A stretch of 64,000 nucleotides of DNA from Oceanispirochaeta sp. GTDB lineage: Bacteria; Spirochaetota; Spirochaetia; DSM-2461. Both the position numbers and the translations under genes were made by a program. Location of the stretch: positions 1,696,001-1,760,000 of the forward strand of contig CAXXOA010000001.1 in NCBI GenBank assembly GCA_963666275.2. Direction: 5' to 3'. Numbering within the stretch: the stretch's first letter is position 1; the number at the start of each line of letters is the position of its first letter. Positions 39,801-48,929 of this stretch are shown piece by piece. The notes under the pieces were generated by a model. The model was not told where the DNA came from. It saw nothing but the letters and a program-made list of their open reading frames with translations, and ran no database searches.

Positions 39801-40946
39801 TCAGGTATCTTCAGATCTATTGAAGATGCTTTTGAATGTCTCTTCAATCTCAATAAAAGAATCTACCAGTTTCGGATCGAAATGCGTCCCTCTGCCGCTG
39901 AGGATGATCTCCTTTGATTTTTCATGGCTGAAGGATTCTTTATAGCTTCTTTCCGATCTCAGGGCATCATATACATCTGCTATAGCCACAATCCGGGCGG
40001 CCAGAGGAATCATATTTTCAAAGATCCCGTAGGGATAGCCGCTGCCGTCCCATTTTTCATGATGACAAAGAGCAATTTCCCTGGCCATACTGTTGGGATA
40101 GGTACTGAGAATGTAGGCGCCGTTTTTGGTATGCTCATTCATTATGGTCCTTTCCCAGGATTCCAGCGGTCCCTCCTTGTTGAGTATATCGTCGGGTGTG
40201 CCTATTTTCCCCACATCATGCATAGCCGCCAGCATTCCGATATCATCTATGAATGAGGGGGATATTTCCGGAAAGTCGGGATTTTTATAGAGATATTCAC
40301 TCAGGGCCCGGCAATACTCATTGACCCGGGAAATATGGTTTCCCGTATCATTATCTTTCAGTTTTGAAGCTTCAAGAAGGCTTCGGAATGTATTCTGCAG
40401 AATGTCCTTGAATTCCTTCGTTATGATATCCCAGGTACAGGAAAAGAGCGCCGGTAATCCCCTGTCAAATAAAAGGGGCTGAATAAAAAGTTTTATAAAG
40501 GAATCGGTTTCTGATTCATCCTGCTTCAGAAAAACCTGACCATGCCATGAAAAGGCATTCTCGGAATTTTCAAGCCTGGATTTAATAACCCATGTGGTGT
40601 GCTGTTTATTATGAAATTTGAATATTTCGGGCAGACAGTTATAGTCAGAACGGACTGCAGAATCAAATGCATTGTCATAGGCCTGATTTGACCAGAGAAC
40701 AGAAAGATCTATATCACAGAGGCAAAGAGGAATGGGGCTGGATGTATGAATATCTATCCATGACCTGACTGGCTCGGCCAGCAGATCAATTTTCGGGACA
40801 GTCTCAATCTGATCTGCAAAGAGAGACCAGTAATATTTTCGAGAATGGGGGAGGAGTTCTTCATCCTCAAAATCAGAGATTTCTTCCAGTTCCTGTATCG
40901 TTTCATCTTCTTCAATCAATTCAGGATCGGAAAAAAAATCTTTCAT
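39801..40946 (-). CDS. HD-GYP cyclic di-GMP phosphodiesterase with PAS-like N-terminal region
   Basis: DTGNHISRV, HDVGKIG, HHEKWDGSGYP, IADVYDAL, RSYK. Confidence 0.9.
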   Translation of the reverse strand: MKDFFSDPELIEEDETIQELEEISDFEDEELLPHSRKYYWSLFADQIETVPKIDLLAEPVRSWIDIHTSSPIPLCLCDIDLSVLWSNQAYDNAFDSAVRSDYNCLPEIFKFHNKQHTTWVIKSRLENSENAFSWHGQVFLKQDESETDSFIKLFIQPLLFDRGLPALFSCTWDIITKEFKDILQNTFRSLLEASKLKDNDTGNHISRVNEYCRALSEYLYKNPDFPEISPSFIDDIGMLAAMHDVGKIGTPDDILNKEGPLESWERTIMNEHTKNGAYILSTYPNSMAREIALCHHEKWDGSGYPYGIFENMIPLAARIVAIADVYDALRSERSYKESFSHEKSKEIILSGRGTHFDPKLVDSFIEIEETFKSIFNRSEDT

Positions 40947-40949
40947 GCA

Positions 40950-41612
40950 TCATTCCCCAAACATTGCTATCTCAGCTTCGCTTTTTCTTATGTAAACGGG
41001 GCCTGAATCGATCGGATCAGGTCCGTCACTGTTAAATTTTTGAATTCCCAGATTCAGCAGCTGTCTTGATTTTCCTTCAAAATAGTTTCCATCTCTGAAA
41101 ATACCCGCATCCCTGGAAAGTGTAATCTTCTGGCAGTCCGGGCCGGTCAATAATATAGTCTCATATGTATTGAGAATATTTTCAATTTTTTCGCTCGAAA
41201 TATCAAGATAATCTGTCTTTTTCAGGCCTTTCAGATAAACGGCGCAGTAGTACCTTTTCTTTTTAGCATCGATTACAGGAACCACGGGGCCGTTGAAATA
41301 TTCCAGGCCGCTGGCAAGGTAATCCAGAGTAGGAACTGTTACGAAGGGAATATTCAAACCTGTGGACATCCCTTTCACTGTAGCCATGGCAATGCGCAGT
41401 CCCGTGAAGGATCCGGGCCCTTGTGACGTGACAAGAAGATCGAGATCTGATGGAGTCATCTCCGCTGTTTTTAAAAGATTTTCAATCTGGATCAGAAGAT
41501 TTTCAGAGTGTTTCAGACCGCAATCCAGTGTTATCTCATAAAAGGATTCATTCTGCTTCAGACAGATGCTCAGAAGGTTTGTGGCTGCATCTATAGCAAG
41601 GATATTATTCAT
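40950..41612 (-). CDS. tsaB: tRNA t6A biosynthesis protein TsaB
   Basis: ILAIDAAT, HSENL, GPGSFTGLRIA, IDAKK, PVYIRKSEAE. Confidence 0.95.
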   Translation of the reverse strand: MNNILAIDAATNLLSICLKQNESFYEITLDCGLKHSENLLIQIENLLKTAEMTPSDLDLLVTSQGPGSFTGLRIAMATVKGMSTGLNIPFVTVPTLDYLASGLEYFNGPVVPVIDAKKKRYYCAVYLKGLKKTDYLDISSEKIENILNTYETILLTGPDCQKITLSRDAGIFRDGNYFEGKSRQLLNLGIQKFNSDGPDPIDSGPVYIRKSEAEIAMFGE

Positions 41613-42030
41613 CAGATGTGTCCTTTAGGCAGATTTTGCGTGAGTTATCGTCCTGGATCCTGATTGTAATAATTTTTCTCTCTTCCGGAAGGTACTCAAG
41701 AATCCGTTCACTCCATTCAATCAGGCAAACTCCCTTTCCAAAAAGGAAATCCTCAGCCCCCAGCATTTCAAACTCTTCAACACTGTCTATCCTGTAAAGG
41801 TCCATATGATAGAAGGGGAGTGTGCCGGAATATTCAGAAATAAGAGTGTAAGTGGGACTTGTGACATTTTCCGTCACTCCGAAAGCCAGGGCAATGCCTT
41901 TCGTCAGGGACGTTTTTCCCGCCCCGAGATCACCTTCAAGACAGACTATATCGCCCTCCCTGAGGGTTTTTCCAATCATTTCCCCGATTTTAAGGGTCTC
42001 TTCAAAGCTTTTACTTGTATATTCGGTCAA
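41605..42030 (-). CDS. tsaE: tRNA t6A biosynthesis ATPase TsaE
   Basis: GDLGAGKT, VTSPTY, HMDLYR, LIEW; TTG start. Confidence 0.95.
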   Translation of the reverse strand: MTEYTSKSFEETLKIGEMIGKTLREGDIVCLEGDLGAGKTSLTKGIALAFGVTENVTSPTYTLISEYSGTLPFYHMDLYRIDSVEEFEMLGAEDFLFGKGVCLIEWSERILEYLPEERKIITIRIQDDNSRKICLKDTSDE

Positions 42031-42032
42031 TT

Positions 42033-42290
42033 TCAGAAGTCCTGCTGATCTATTTTCGCTAACTGAGTTTTCAGTATTTTTATGATTGGCAGTAAAGGAT
42101 AATCTATCGGTTCCAGCAGTTCAACAGTCACATCTCTGTGTCCGGTAGGAAGCATTTCAACCGTAGACTGAAATTTGACACTGGCCTGCTTGTTCTTGAC
42201 AAGAGAGAAAAGAGCTGTCCCCTCATACTGGTTTCTGTAGTAAATCAAAGTGTCTTTCTTTTTAATGTCACTTATACCAATCAGTTCCAT
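42033..42290 (-). CDS. Small hypothetical protein
   Basis: 85 aa ORF in operon context with AGGA upstream. Confidence 0.65.
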   Translation of the reverse strand: MELIGISDIKKKDTLIYYRNQYEGTALFSLVKNKQASVKFQSTVEMLPTGHRDVTVELLEPIDYPLLPIIKILKTQLAKIDQQDF

Positions 42291-42332
42291 TATTATTCCT
42301 AATATTTTTTATATAATAATACTTTTTATCAT

Positions 42333-43427
42333 TTATTCAAAATCATAAACATATTCATTGATTCTATTGAGATTTTTACTGGAAGCTCTTGTGAACATGA
42401 CGTGAACAGAGGTATAAATTCTGCTTTGCACTCTTGTATCGACTATTTTTCCATAAGTAATAACAGGGCTTCCCTTTATAGGCTCAAAATTCAGTTTTAT
42501 AAGTTCCCCTTTTTTCAGGGGTTTGGTGGTCTGAAGAGCGCATCCGCCAGCTGAAAGATCCGTTAATGTACCCATTCTTCCCTGGTTCTTCAAGACAAAA
42601 ACTTCTTTTCTTTCTTTTTTACCGGAACCGCTTATCCGGATCTGGATGGGAAAAAAGTAACAGGGCCTTTTGATGGATTTTCGGCGGAATTTGCGCTGAT
42701 AGGCCCGATTTATTTTATTGGAGTGCTGAAGGAAGGCGCTTGTGATCCCTTTGACAGAGTTATAGCCAATCACTTTTGTGGTAAAGGTGTATTCTTCGCC
42801 GTCGGCCCCCCAGATCAGAACATCCACTTTGGACCCTTTATTCCATCGGACTTCTGTCCCGTTTCTGTTAACAGGCACCCGGGCGCAGTAAAATTCCTTC
42901 AGATTGGCAGTTACCACAGAAGAATACCTGTTCCCGTTGGGCATTTTAAATGTTATGGGCTGGCTGAGTTTCAGTTTTCTTGTTTCCGTAATCTGGGTGG
43001 ATTCGGCATAAACCCTTTCGATCAGCTGTTTTATTCTATAGATATTCAGTTTTCTCTCTTCAATAATGGAAGGGGGAGCCTCCATATGATTGATATCTCT
43101 GAGAGCCTGACCAAGGGTGTTATTCAGGGTTCTTGTATTGCTGAGAAGAGCAAAAGGTTTCGTGACATGATAGGTCTTTACAAGACCCTCCAGAAGGAGA
43201 GTCTGTTTTTTGTTCAAACCGATTCTGGCGGCTTCTTTTCTGAAAATTCTTTTACTGAACTTTTTTGATTTTCCATTCGCACTGTTGGATAACTTATTTC
43301 CGATGATCAGAAGGAGCATTGTTCCAAACATGATTCCCAGAAAAATAAAATTCTGTTTCGGATCGGATGGAGTAAAAAGTTGTCCCTTATAACGGGACGT
43401 TGACTGTAAAAGAGTTATCAGAAGCAT
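42333..43427 (-). CDS. Membrane-anchored PilZ-domain (flagellar brake-like) protein
   Basis: N-terminal TM; QRKFRR (RxxxR) and DLSAGG (DxSxxG). Confidence 0.85.
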   Translation of the reverse strand: MLLITLLQSTSRYKGQLFTPSDPKQNFIFLGIMFGTMLLLIIGNKLSNSANGKSKKFSKRIFRKEAARIGLNKKQTLLLEGLVKTYHVTKPFALLSNTRTLNNTLGQALRDINHMEAPPSIIEERKLNIYRIKQLIERVYAESTQITETRKLKLSQPITFKMPNGNRYSSVVTANLKEFYCARVPVNRNGTEVRWNKGSKVDVLIWGADGEEYTFTTKVIGYNSVKGITSAFLQHSNKINRAYQRKFRRKSIKRPCYFFPIQIRISGSGKKERKEVFVLKNQGRMGTLTDLSAGGCALQTTKPLKKGELIKLNFEPIKGSPVITYGKIVDTRVQSRIYTSVHVMFTRASSKNLNRINEYVYDFE

Positions 43428-43430
43428 TAT

Positions 43431-44321
43431 TTAATCACCTTTGATAATGGAATCAAAAAAACGGGGAAACCCTTCCATTCGAGGCATAATTTCATATTCC
43501 ATCAAATCGCCAAGAAGAACGGAATCTTCGTTGGAGAAGGCTTCAGCCAGTTCTTTCAGTACTTTTGACATTTCAGAGATCTCTCTTTTCAGGATTTTTC
43601 TCTGTTCCTGCTCAATCTGTTCTTCCGGTATATTGGTATAAATCCGCAGGAGCTTCTGAAATAACTCTGAAAAGCGGATTATTATCTCCATGGCTTCCTT
43701 GTCTTTTCCTGTCTGAAGCATCAGTGATACTTCCTCCATCTGAGGGAGAAGGGACTGAATGGTTTCATAGGTTTCATTTCCAGCTTTGCCAGGGTCTTCC
43801 AGTTCCTCTATTCTGCCCTGAATCACAGCACCCAGCATGATGAATCCTTCGAGAACATTTTTTACATTCTGTTCTGTCCGGTCTCCCTCGGGAAGGAATC
43901 CGTTAGAGCTGAGAAGATTCTGCATATGATTTCTGATGGAGTGACTATTGTCATCAAGAAGAATTTCAAAACTGCCTTCGATGTACTGGTACTCATGGAG
44001 GAGTTCATTCATCAGTTCCAGATTGCCTTCTTTCAGGGAATTCTGAAACATAAGAGTATATTCATACAGGGTTTTCAGGTTTTGAGCTTTAAGCTGGGGC
44101 AGGGTAAGAGCGGTAAAGTGAATTTCCTCCTGTCCTGAAAAAGGTATGCTTTCCCACTCTTCCTTATCTGTGATGAAATACTCTTTATCACTCAGGTTCA
44201 TCTCTGTGATGCTGAATCCCTGAGGGGTTAACCAGGATTCAATGGAGCTGTAAATGTCTCCCAGTGTTTTTTCATTTTCAAATATAAAATCTATTTCATC
44301 CAGGTTTATAAAAATTTTCAA
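43431..44321 (-). CDS. Hypothetical helical protein downstream of fliD
   Basis: AAGGAG before TTG 44321 (MKIFINLDE); C-terminal EAFSNEDSVLLGDLMEYEI. Confidence 0.7.
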   Translation of the reverse strand: MKIFINLDEIDFIFENEKTLGDIYSSIESWLTPQGFSITEMNLSDKEYFITDKEEWESIPFSGQEEIHFTALTLPQLKAQNLKTLYEYTLMFQNSLKEGNLELMNELLHEYQYIEGSFEILLDDNSHSIRNHMQNLLSSNGFLPEGDRTEQNVKNVLEGFIMLGAVIQGRIEELEDPGKAGNETYETIQSLLPQMEEVSLMLQTGKDKEAMEIIIRFSELFQKLLRIYTNIPEEQIEQEQRKILKREISEMSKVLKELAEAFSNEDSVLLGDLMEYEIMPRMEGFPRFFDSIIKGD

Positions 44322-44331
44322 AAAAAACTCC

Positions 44332-46347
44332 TTACTGATTGTTCTGCTGATTGGAAAAACCGTCCAGGGCATTGGAACTGGATTCCAGTTGATTCAGCAT
44401 ACTTTCCATTGTTCCGTATTTTCTTTTTAAATCACTCTCATAATCAGAGAGGTATTCTTTATAGTCATCAATATCTTCATTTGTTCTATCCATATTGCCG
44501 TCAATAATGGATGTCTTATTCGCAAGTATTCCCCCGGTCTGAATATAAGGATTCAGAAAACGGTCCATCTCATAGCCCACACCGCTGTCAATAACAAGAT
44601 CCTTATCGGTATCCATACCGAAAAGTTCGCGTATGGCCGGGCTCATATTCTGAAGGGATTGATCCAGCAGATCTTCATTGATTTCAAGATACCCCCGGAG
44701 TTTACTGGCATTGATGCTTCCCCCGGTCCCACTTGCATTGGTTGAAATCCCTATCTGCGACAGCATGGACAAATCTCTTTCCAGAGATGTATTGTAGGGA
44801 GATGTGACAATCCTCTGAAGCCTGTTCTTCAACTGCATCAGAGTGATATCTCCTCTGAAGGCCCCCAGGTCTTCAAAAGCTTTCTCCCTTTCCTCATCAG
44901 AAAAATACTCGATTTCATTTATTATATCGGTATTATCTGATGATAATATAAGCAATTGTGTCATGGTCTGGTTGTAATTGTAAACAAACTCTATGATTTT
45001 ATCTTTGGCAAGCTCAGTATCTGGCTGTACGGATATATCCACTTCCTCGTCAGGATCTGCCCGATTGAGTTCAAGAGTCACTCCCGGTATAAGATCATCG
45101 ATCTGATTTGTTTCTCTTTCTACCTGAATCCCGCTGAACTCAAGTATGGCATTCTGCGCCGAGGAAAGAGCATTGGTCGGGAGATAGCCGTCAGCTGTCC
45201 GGGGATCCGTAACCCGTATATTTCCGATGGTAATTTCCTTGAAAGTATTTCTGTTATTCAGGAATAACTCATTGATGCTGCCGTTCCCGGAAAGGGGAAT
45301 ACTGACACTTTCAGAGTAGGTTCCGCTTTTCAGCTCAAGCAGATCAGTGGAGCTGCCGGAGTTCGTATCAAAATATCCGATGCTGTTGTCTGTAATCACT
45401 TCGGGAGGTGGCGGTTCCTGCCAGGGGGGAACTTCCGCAGAACTTTCGAAGCTTTCCACCCTGGCTCCTCTGAAAACCGCATCCGGTACATCGGGAAGTG
45501 ACGGTTCGGGAGGAGGTTCCGGTTTGAATTCTTCCGGATCCATCTCCTGAACAGATATATCATATTCCAGAATCATGCCGGTTTCAAAAGGAATGGCAGC
45601 TCCCAGGGGGATTGTCAGGGAGCTTTCCGGTTTCAGAGTCAGTGAGTTTTCCCCAGTCAACAGAATTTTATCTTCCGGGTAGGTAAGTCTCTGCATCTCC
45701 CTTTTAAATTGAATATCCGTAGAATCTGCTTTTGCTTCCTCCAGAATCCCATTATCCAGGGCCCATGAAAGAGTATCGTCCTTGAAGACAAGACGATTGT
45801 TTTCACCTGTCTCCTGAGATTCAAAAAGGATGACCTGTGTTGAGGATGTATCTTTTACAACTGTAATATTCAGAAGACCGTCAGTCTTCTTTTCGAGCCT
45901 TTCTCCAAAGTCTGACAGTTTTCCTCCCCTGTATCTCAGGGTGAAATCTTTCTCCCCTATAGAAATGCTATACGTCCCTTCGGGAACTCTCAGACTGTCA
46001 TCCAGGGGAGGGGATATAAAACGGTCAGCCTGTGCTGTTTTTATAACTTTAAATGTAAGATCCTGATTCGTCGCCTCTCTTGTCGCAGTAGCGGTCAGTA
46101 ATCTTTCGTTCGAGGATTCTACAGTTTTTTCGTTAAAGGGGTTTTCAAATCCGAAAAGGGTTCGGGAGGTACTTCTCAGACCGCTGATTTTACGGTTCAG
46201 ATCCTGCCAGACCTGCTTTTCTTTCTCCATTTCCGAAATAGAATCTTCCATTTCGGTCAGTTTGACTTTTTCTACATCCATCAAACCTTTTATGAGTTCT
46301 TGTGTGTTGTATTTGCTGTTTAAACCAGGGATGCTTATATCAGCCAT
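44332..46347 (-). CDS. fliD: Flagellar filament cap protein FliD
   Basis: IPGLNSKYNTQELIKGLMDVE, IDDLIPGVTLEL, LSQIGIST, LKRKYGTMESML. Confidence 0.94.
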   Translation of the reverse strand: MADISIPGLNSKYNTQELIKGLMDVEKVKLTEMEDSISEMEKEKQVWQDLNRKISGLRSTSRTLFGFENPFNEKTVESSNERLLTATATREATNQDLTFKVIKTAQADRFISPPLDDSLRVPEGTYSISIGEKDFTLRYRGGKLSDFGERLEKKTDGLLNITVVKDTSSTQVILFESQETGENNRLVFKDDTLSWALDNGILEEAKADSTDIQFKREMQRLTYPEDKILLTGENSLTLKPESSLTIPLGAAIPFETGMILEYDISVQEMDPEEFKPEPPPEPSLPDVPDAVFRGARVESFESSAEVPPWQEPPPPEVITDNSIGYFDTNSGSSTDLLELKSGTYSESVSIPLSGNGSINELFLNNRNTFKEITIGNIRVTDPRTADGYLPTNALSSAQNAILEFSGIQVERETNQIDDLIPGVTLELNRADPDEEVDISVQPDTELAKDKIIEFVYNYNQTMTQLLILSSDNTDIINEIEYFSDEEREKAFEDLGAFRGDITLMQLKNRLQRIVTSPYNTSLERDLSMLSQIGISTNASGTGGSINASKLRGYLEINEDLLDQSLQNMSPAIRELFGMDTDKDLVIDSGVGYEMDRFLNPYIQTGGILANKTSIIDGNMDRTNEDIDDYKEYLSDYESDLKRKYGTMESMLNQLESSSNALDGFSNQQNNQ

Positions 46348-46364
46348 AACATCCCTGTTTGATT

Positions 46365-46694
46365 CTACGCCATCTGATCAATAAAAATACCGATCGCTTC
46401 CTTAAGGTTTTCATGCAGCCTCTGTAATTCCTGTGAGGGAATTTCCTTAACTACTTTATCGGTATTCCTATCAATGATTTTGACAATAAAGCTGTCAATC
46501 TTTTCATTAATAGAATAGCTAAACCTTGTATTTGAAGTAGCTTCATTCAGAATTCTTTTAGTTTCATTTAAATCAGGATGGGATAATTTAACTTTCTTCT
46601 GTTCCAGCTTTACCTGTTGTTTCACGTTTGCTGTCTGCTGATTCACTTTAGTAATATTAACCGGTCCTGAACTGGTTATTCTACCAATATCCAT
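46365..46694 (-). CDS. flaG: Flagellar protein FlaG
   Basis: VKIIDRNTDKVVKEIPSQE; located between flagellin and fliD. Confidence 0.9.
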   Translation of the reverse strand: MDIGRITSSGPVNITKVNQQTANVKQQVKLEQKKVKLSHPDLNETKRILNEATSNTRFSYSINEKIDSFIVKIIDRNTDKVVKEIPSQELQRLHENLKEAIGIFIDQMA

Positions 46695-46709
46695 TTAGAC
46701 CTCCGTGTG

Positions 46710-46744
46710 AAAAATAGAGGAGGGGGAGGACGCGAACTCCCCCT
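46710..46744 (-). terminator. Intrinsic terminator after flaB
   Basis: Minus strand AGGGGGAG-TTCGCGTC-CTCCCCCT followed by CCTCTATTTTT. Confidence 0.6.
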
Positions 46745-46809
46745 GCAACTATATTGAAAAAAGATAACGTCCAGAAATCTCTTTTCCCGTAGTCATTACC
46801 CTAAATATA

Positions 46810-47664
46810 TTAGCCCAGGAGCTGTAATACAGACTGAGTTCTAACATTAGCCTGAGCCAACATTGAAGAACCTGCCTGATTCAATATCTGATTTTTGGTG
46901 TAATCCACAACCTCACTGGCCATGTCTACATCACGAATCCTTGATTCAGCCGCCTGCATGTTTTCAGAAGCAATGGCTATACCTTTTGCAGCCATTTCAA
47001 ACCTGTTCTGGTAAGCACCAAGATCAGCTCTCTGCTTATTCACAGTTTTAAGAGCCTCGTCGACGATACCGATAGTTCTGTTTGCTTCTTCCACAGATGA
47101 AAGGGTAACAATTCCGCCACCACCCTGTTCATTCTGGAGTCCCAGTGCTTCTGCAGTCATTGTTCCAATAAAGATCTGTTCTTTCTGATCCATATTGGCT
47201 CCGACCTGAAGCGCCATGACATCACCAGTTACAGAGCTTTCCGCAAACCGACCTGTAAGTAGATTCATTCCATTGAACTGTGCGTGTGAAGCAATCCGGT
47301 TCATTTCATCAACAAGTTGTGAAACTTCTACCTGAATCTGCATTCTGTCTTCCGCAGTATAAATACCGTTGGAAGCCTGTACGGACAATTCTCTGACGCG
47401 GTGAAGAATATCCTGAGTCTCCTGTAGAAACCCTTCAGTTGTCTGAATAAAGGACACTCCGTTCTGAATGTTTTTCTCTGCCTGATTAAGACCTCTTATC
47501 TGAGATCTCATCTTTTCAGATACTGCTAATCCAGAAGCGTCATCCGCTGCTTTGTTGATTCTCAGACCAGAAGACAGTTTTTCCATATTCACTGCAGTCT
47601 GCTGCTGAGAAACTCCGAGTTGCCTGTTTGCATTAATGGCACTCATGTTGTGATTTATTATCAT
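46810..47664 (-). CDS. flaB: Flagellar core protein FlaB (paralogue 2)
   Basis: [49 protein letters not shown]. Confidence 0.98.
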   Translation of the reverse strand: MIINHNMSAINANRQLGVSQQQTAVNMEKLSSGLRINKAADDASGLAVSEKMRSQIRGLNQAEKNIQNGVSFIQTTEGFLQETQDILHRVRELSVQASNGIYTAEDRMQIQVEVSQLVDEMNRIASHAQFNGMNLLTGRFAESSVTGDVMALQVGANMDQKEQIFIGTMTAEALGLQNEQGGGGIVTLSSVEEANRTIGIVDEALKTVNKQRADLGAYQNRFEMAAKGIAIASENMQAAESRIRDVDMASEVVDYTKNQILNQAGSSMLAQANVRTQSVLQLLG

Positions 47665-47687
47665 ATCACCCTCCTTGCGAAGTTATT

Positions 47688-47699
47688 GGCATCCATGCC
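47688..47699 (-). promoter_or_regulatory. CsrA-binding hairpin in flaB leader
   Basis: GGCATGGATGCC with GGA in the loop; a second AAGGAGG at the RBS. Confidence 0.7.
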
Positions 47700-47719
47700 T
47701 CAAACCTGTATGCACCTGA

Positions 47720-47748
47720 CCATCGGTTAGCAATCTCGCGCCGCTTAA
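47720..47748 (-). promoter_or_regulatory. sigma28 promoter of flaB paralogue 2
   Basis: TTAAG-N16-ACCGATGG. Confidence 0.7.
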
Positions 47749-47852
47749 CCTGTGAACAGCTGAACAGGGAGATTCTCCGATTTTAGGAAAAATCGAAAAA
47801 TCTCCCAGTCCTGTGCCTACATCGGAAGGTTATGTCAAAGAACAAAACTCCA

Positions 47853-47887
47853 TGATGTTCTATGATAATAATTATCATAGAACATCA
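47853..47887. repeat. Perfect 17-1-17 palindrome containing a Fur-type 7-1-7 box
   Basis: TGATGTTCTATGATAAT-A-ATTATCATAGAACATCA. Confidence 0.85.
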
Positions 47888-47904
47888 GTTAACATTATAT
47901 TATG

Positions 47905-48765
47905 CTATTGGAGAAGTTGCAAGACAGATTGTGATCTCTGGTTGGCCTGAGCAAGCATAGCGTTACTGGCCTGAGTCAGTATCTGGTTCTTGGTAAAATC
48001 AACAGATTCTTTTGCCATATCCAGGTCTCTTATTCTGGACTCAGACGCCTGCAGATTTTCAGCACCAACGTCAATGCCTTTGATCGCCATTTCCAGTCTG
48101 TTCTGGTATGCACCAAGATCGGCTCTCTGTTTGTTGACAGTTTTCAGAGCTTCATCAAGAACACCGATGTTCCGGTTAGACTGTTCAGGAGTAGAGATAG
48201 ACATGATTTCTCCGGAACCGATCTGTCTGAGCCCGAGAGCTGTTGCAGTCATTGTTCCGATATAAACCTGTTCTCTCTGATCCATATTGGCTCCGATATG
48301 AAACCACATAGAAGCAGTTACAGTATTGAATCCGCTATCAGCTGCAAATCTACCTGTAAGCATATTCATTCCGTTGAACTGGGCGTGAGAGGCGACTCTG
48401 TCAAGTTCATCAACGAGCTGAGATACTTCTACCTGAATCTGCATTCTGTCTTCTGCAGTATAAATACCATTGGAAGACTGTACAGCCAGTTCTCTAACTC
48501 TCTGAATAATATCTGTAGTTTCCTGCAGAAATCCTTCAGCGGTCTGGATAAAAGAGATACCGTCAGAAGCGTTTCTGGACGCCTGGTTCAAACCTCTGAT
48601 CTGAGACCGCATCTTTTCTGATACAGCAAGACCGGAAGCATCATCACCGGCTTTATTGATACGCATACCAGAAGAAAGCTTAGCCATATTGGAAGCAGTA
48701 CTGGTGTTGGCAATGTTCAGATTCCTCTGAGAAGTCATTGCACTCAAATTGTGATTAATTATCAT
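47905..48765 (-). CDS. flaB: Flagellar core protein FlaB (paralogue 1)
   Basis: [51 protein letters not shown] before ATG 48765. Confidence 0.98.
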   Translation of the reverse strand: MIINHNLSAMTSQRNLNIANTSTASNMAKLSSGMRINKAGDDASGLAVSEKMRSQIRGLNQASRNASDGISFIQTAEGFLQETTDIIQRVRELAVQSSNGIYTAEDRMQIQVEVSQLVDELDRVASHAQFNGMNMLTGRFAADSGFNTVTASMWFHIGANMDQREQVYIGTMTATALGLRQIGSGEIMSISTPEQSNRNIGVLDEALKTVNKQRADLGAYQNRLEMAIKGIDVGAENLQASESRIRDLDMAKESVDFTKNQILTQASNAMLAQANQRSQSVLQLLQ

Positions 48766-48790
48766 ATATTCCTCCATGAATATTTAGATA

Positions 48791-48804
48791 GGGCATCCTT
48801 GCCC
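48791..48804 (-). promoter_or_regulatory. CsrA-binding hairpin in flaB leader
   Basis: GGGCAAGGATGCCC with GGA in the loop. Confidence 0.7.
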
Positions 48805-48831
48805 GGCGAGGGTTCTCGCCCTCTAAATTTT

Positions 48832-48860
48832 GTATCGTCAGGAGGTTCAGATAAACTTGA
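48832..48860 (-). promoter_or_regulatory. sigma28 promoter of flaB paralogue 1
   Basis: TCAAG-N16-GACGATAC. Confidence 0.7.
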
Positions 48861-48929
48861 AAAAAAATATTAAGTTTTTTTAAAAAAGTCCGATTAGTCG
48901 GGTTTGAATGAAGCGGCTTTAGTTAAATA

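Noticed and set aside
46810..48765. Nucleotide similarity between the two flaB genes as a repeat or recombination cassette
   Set aside because: Ordinary paralogy; each copy has its own promoter and RBS, with no recombinase or invertible repeats nearby.
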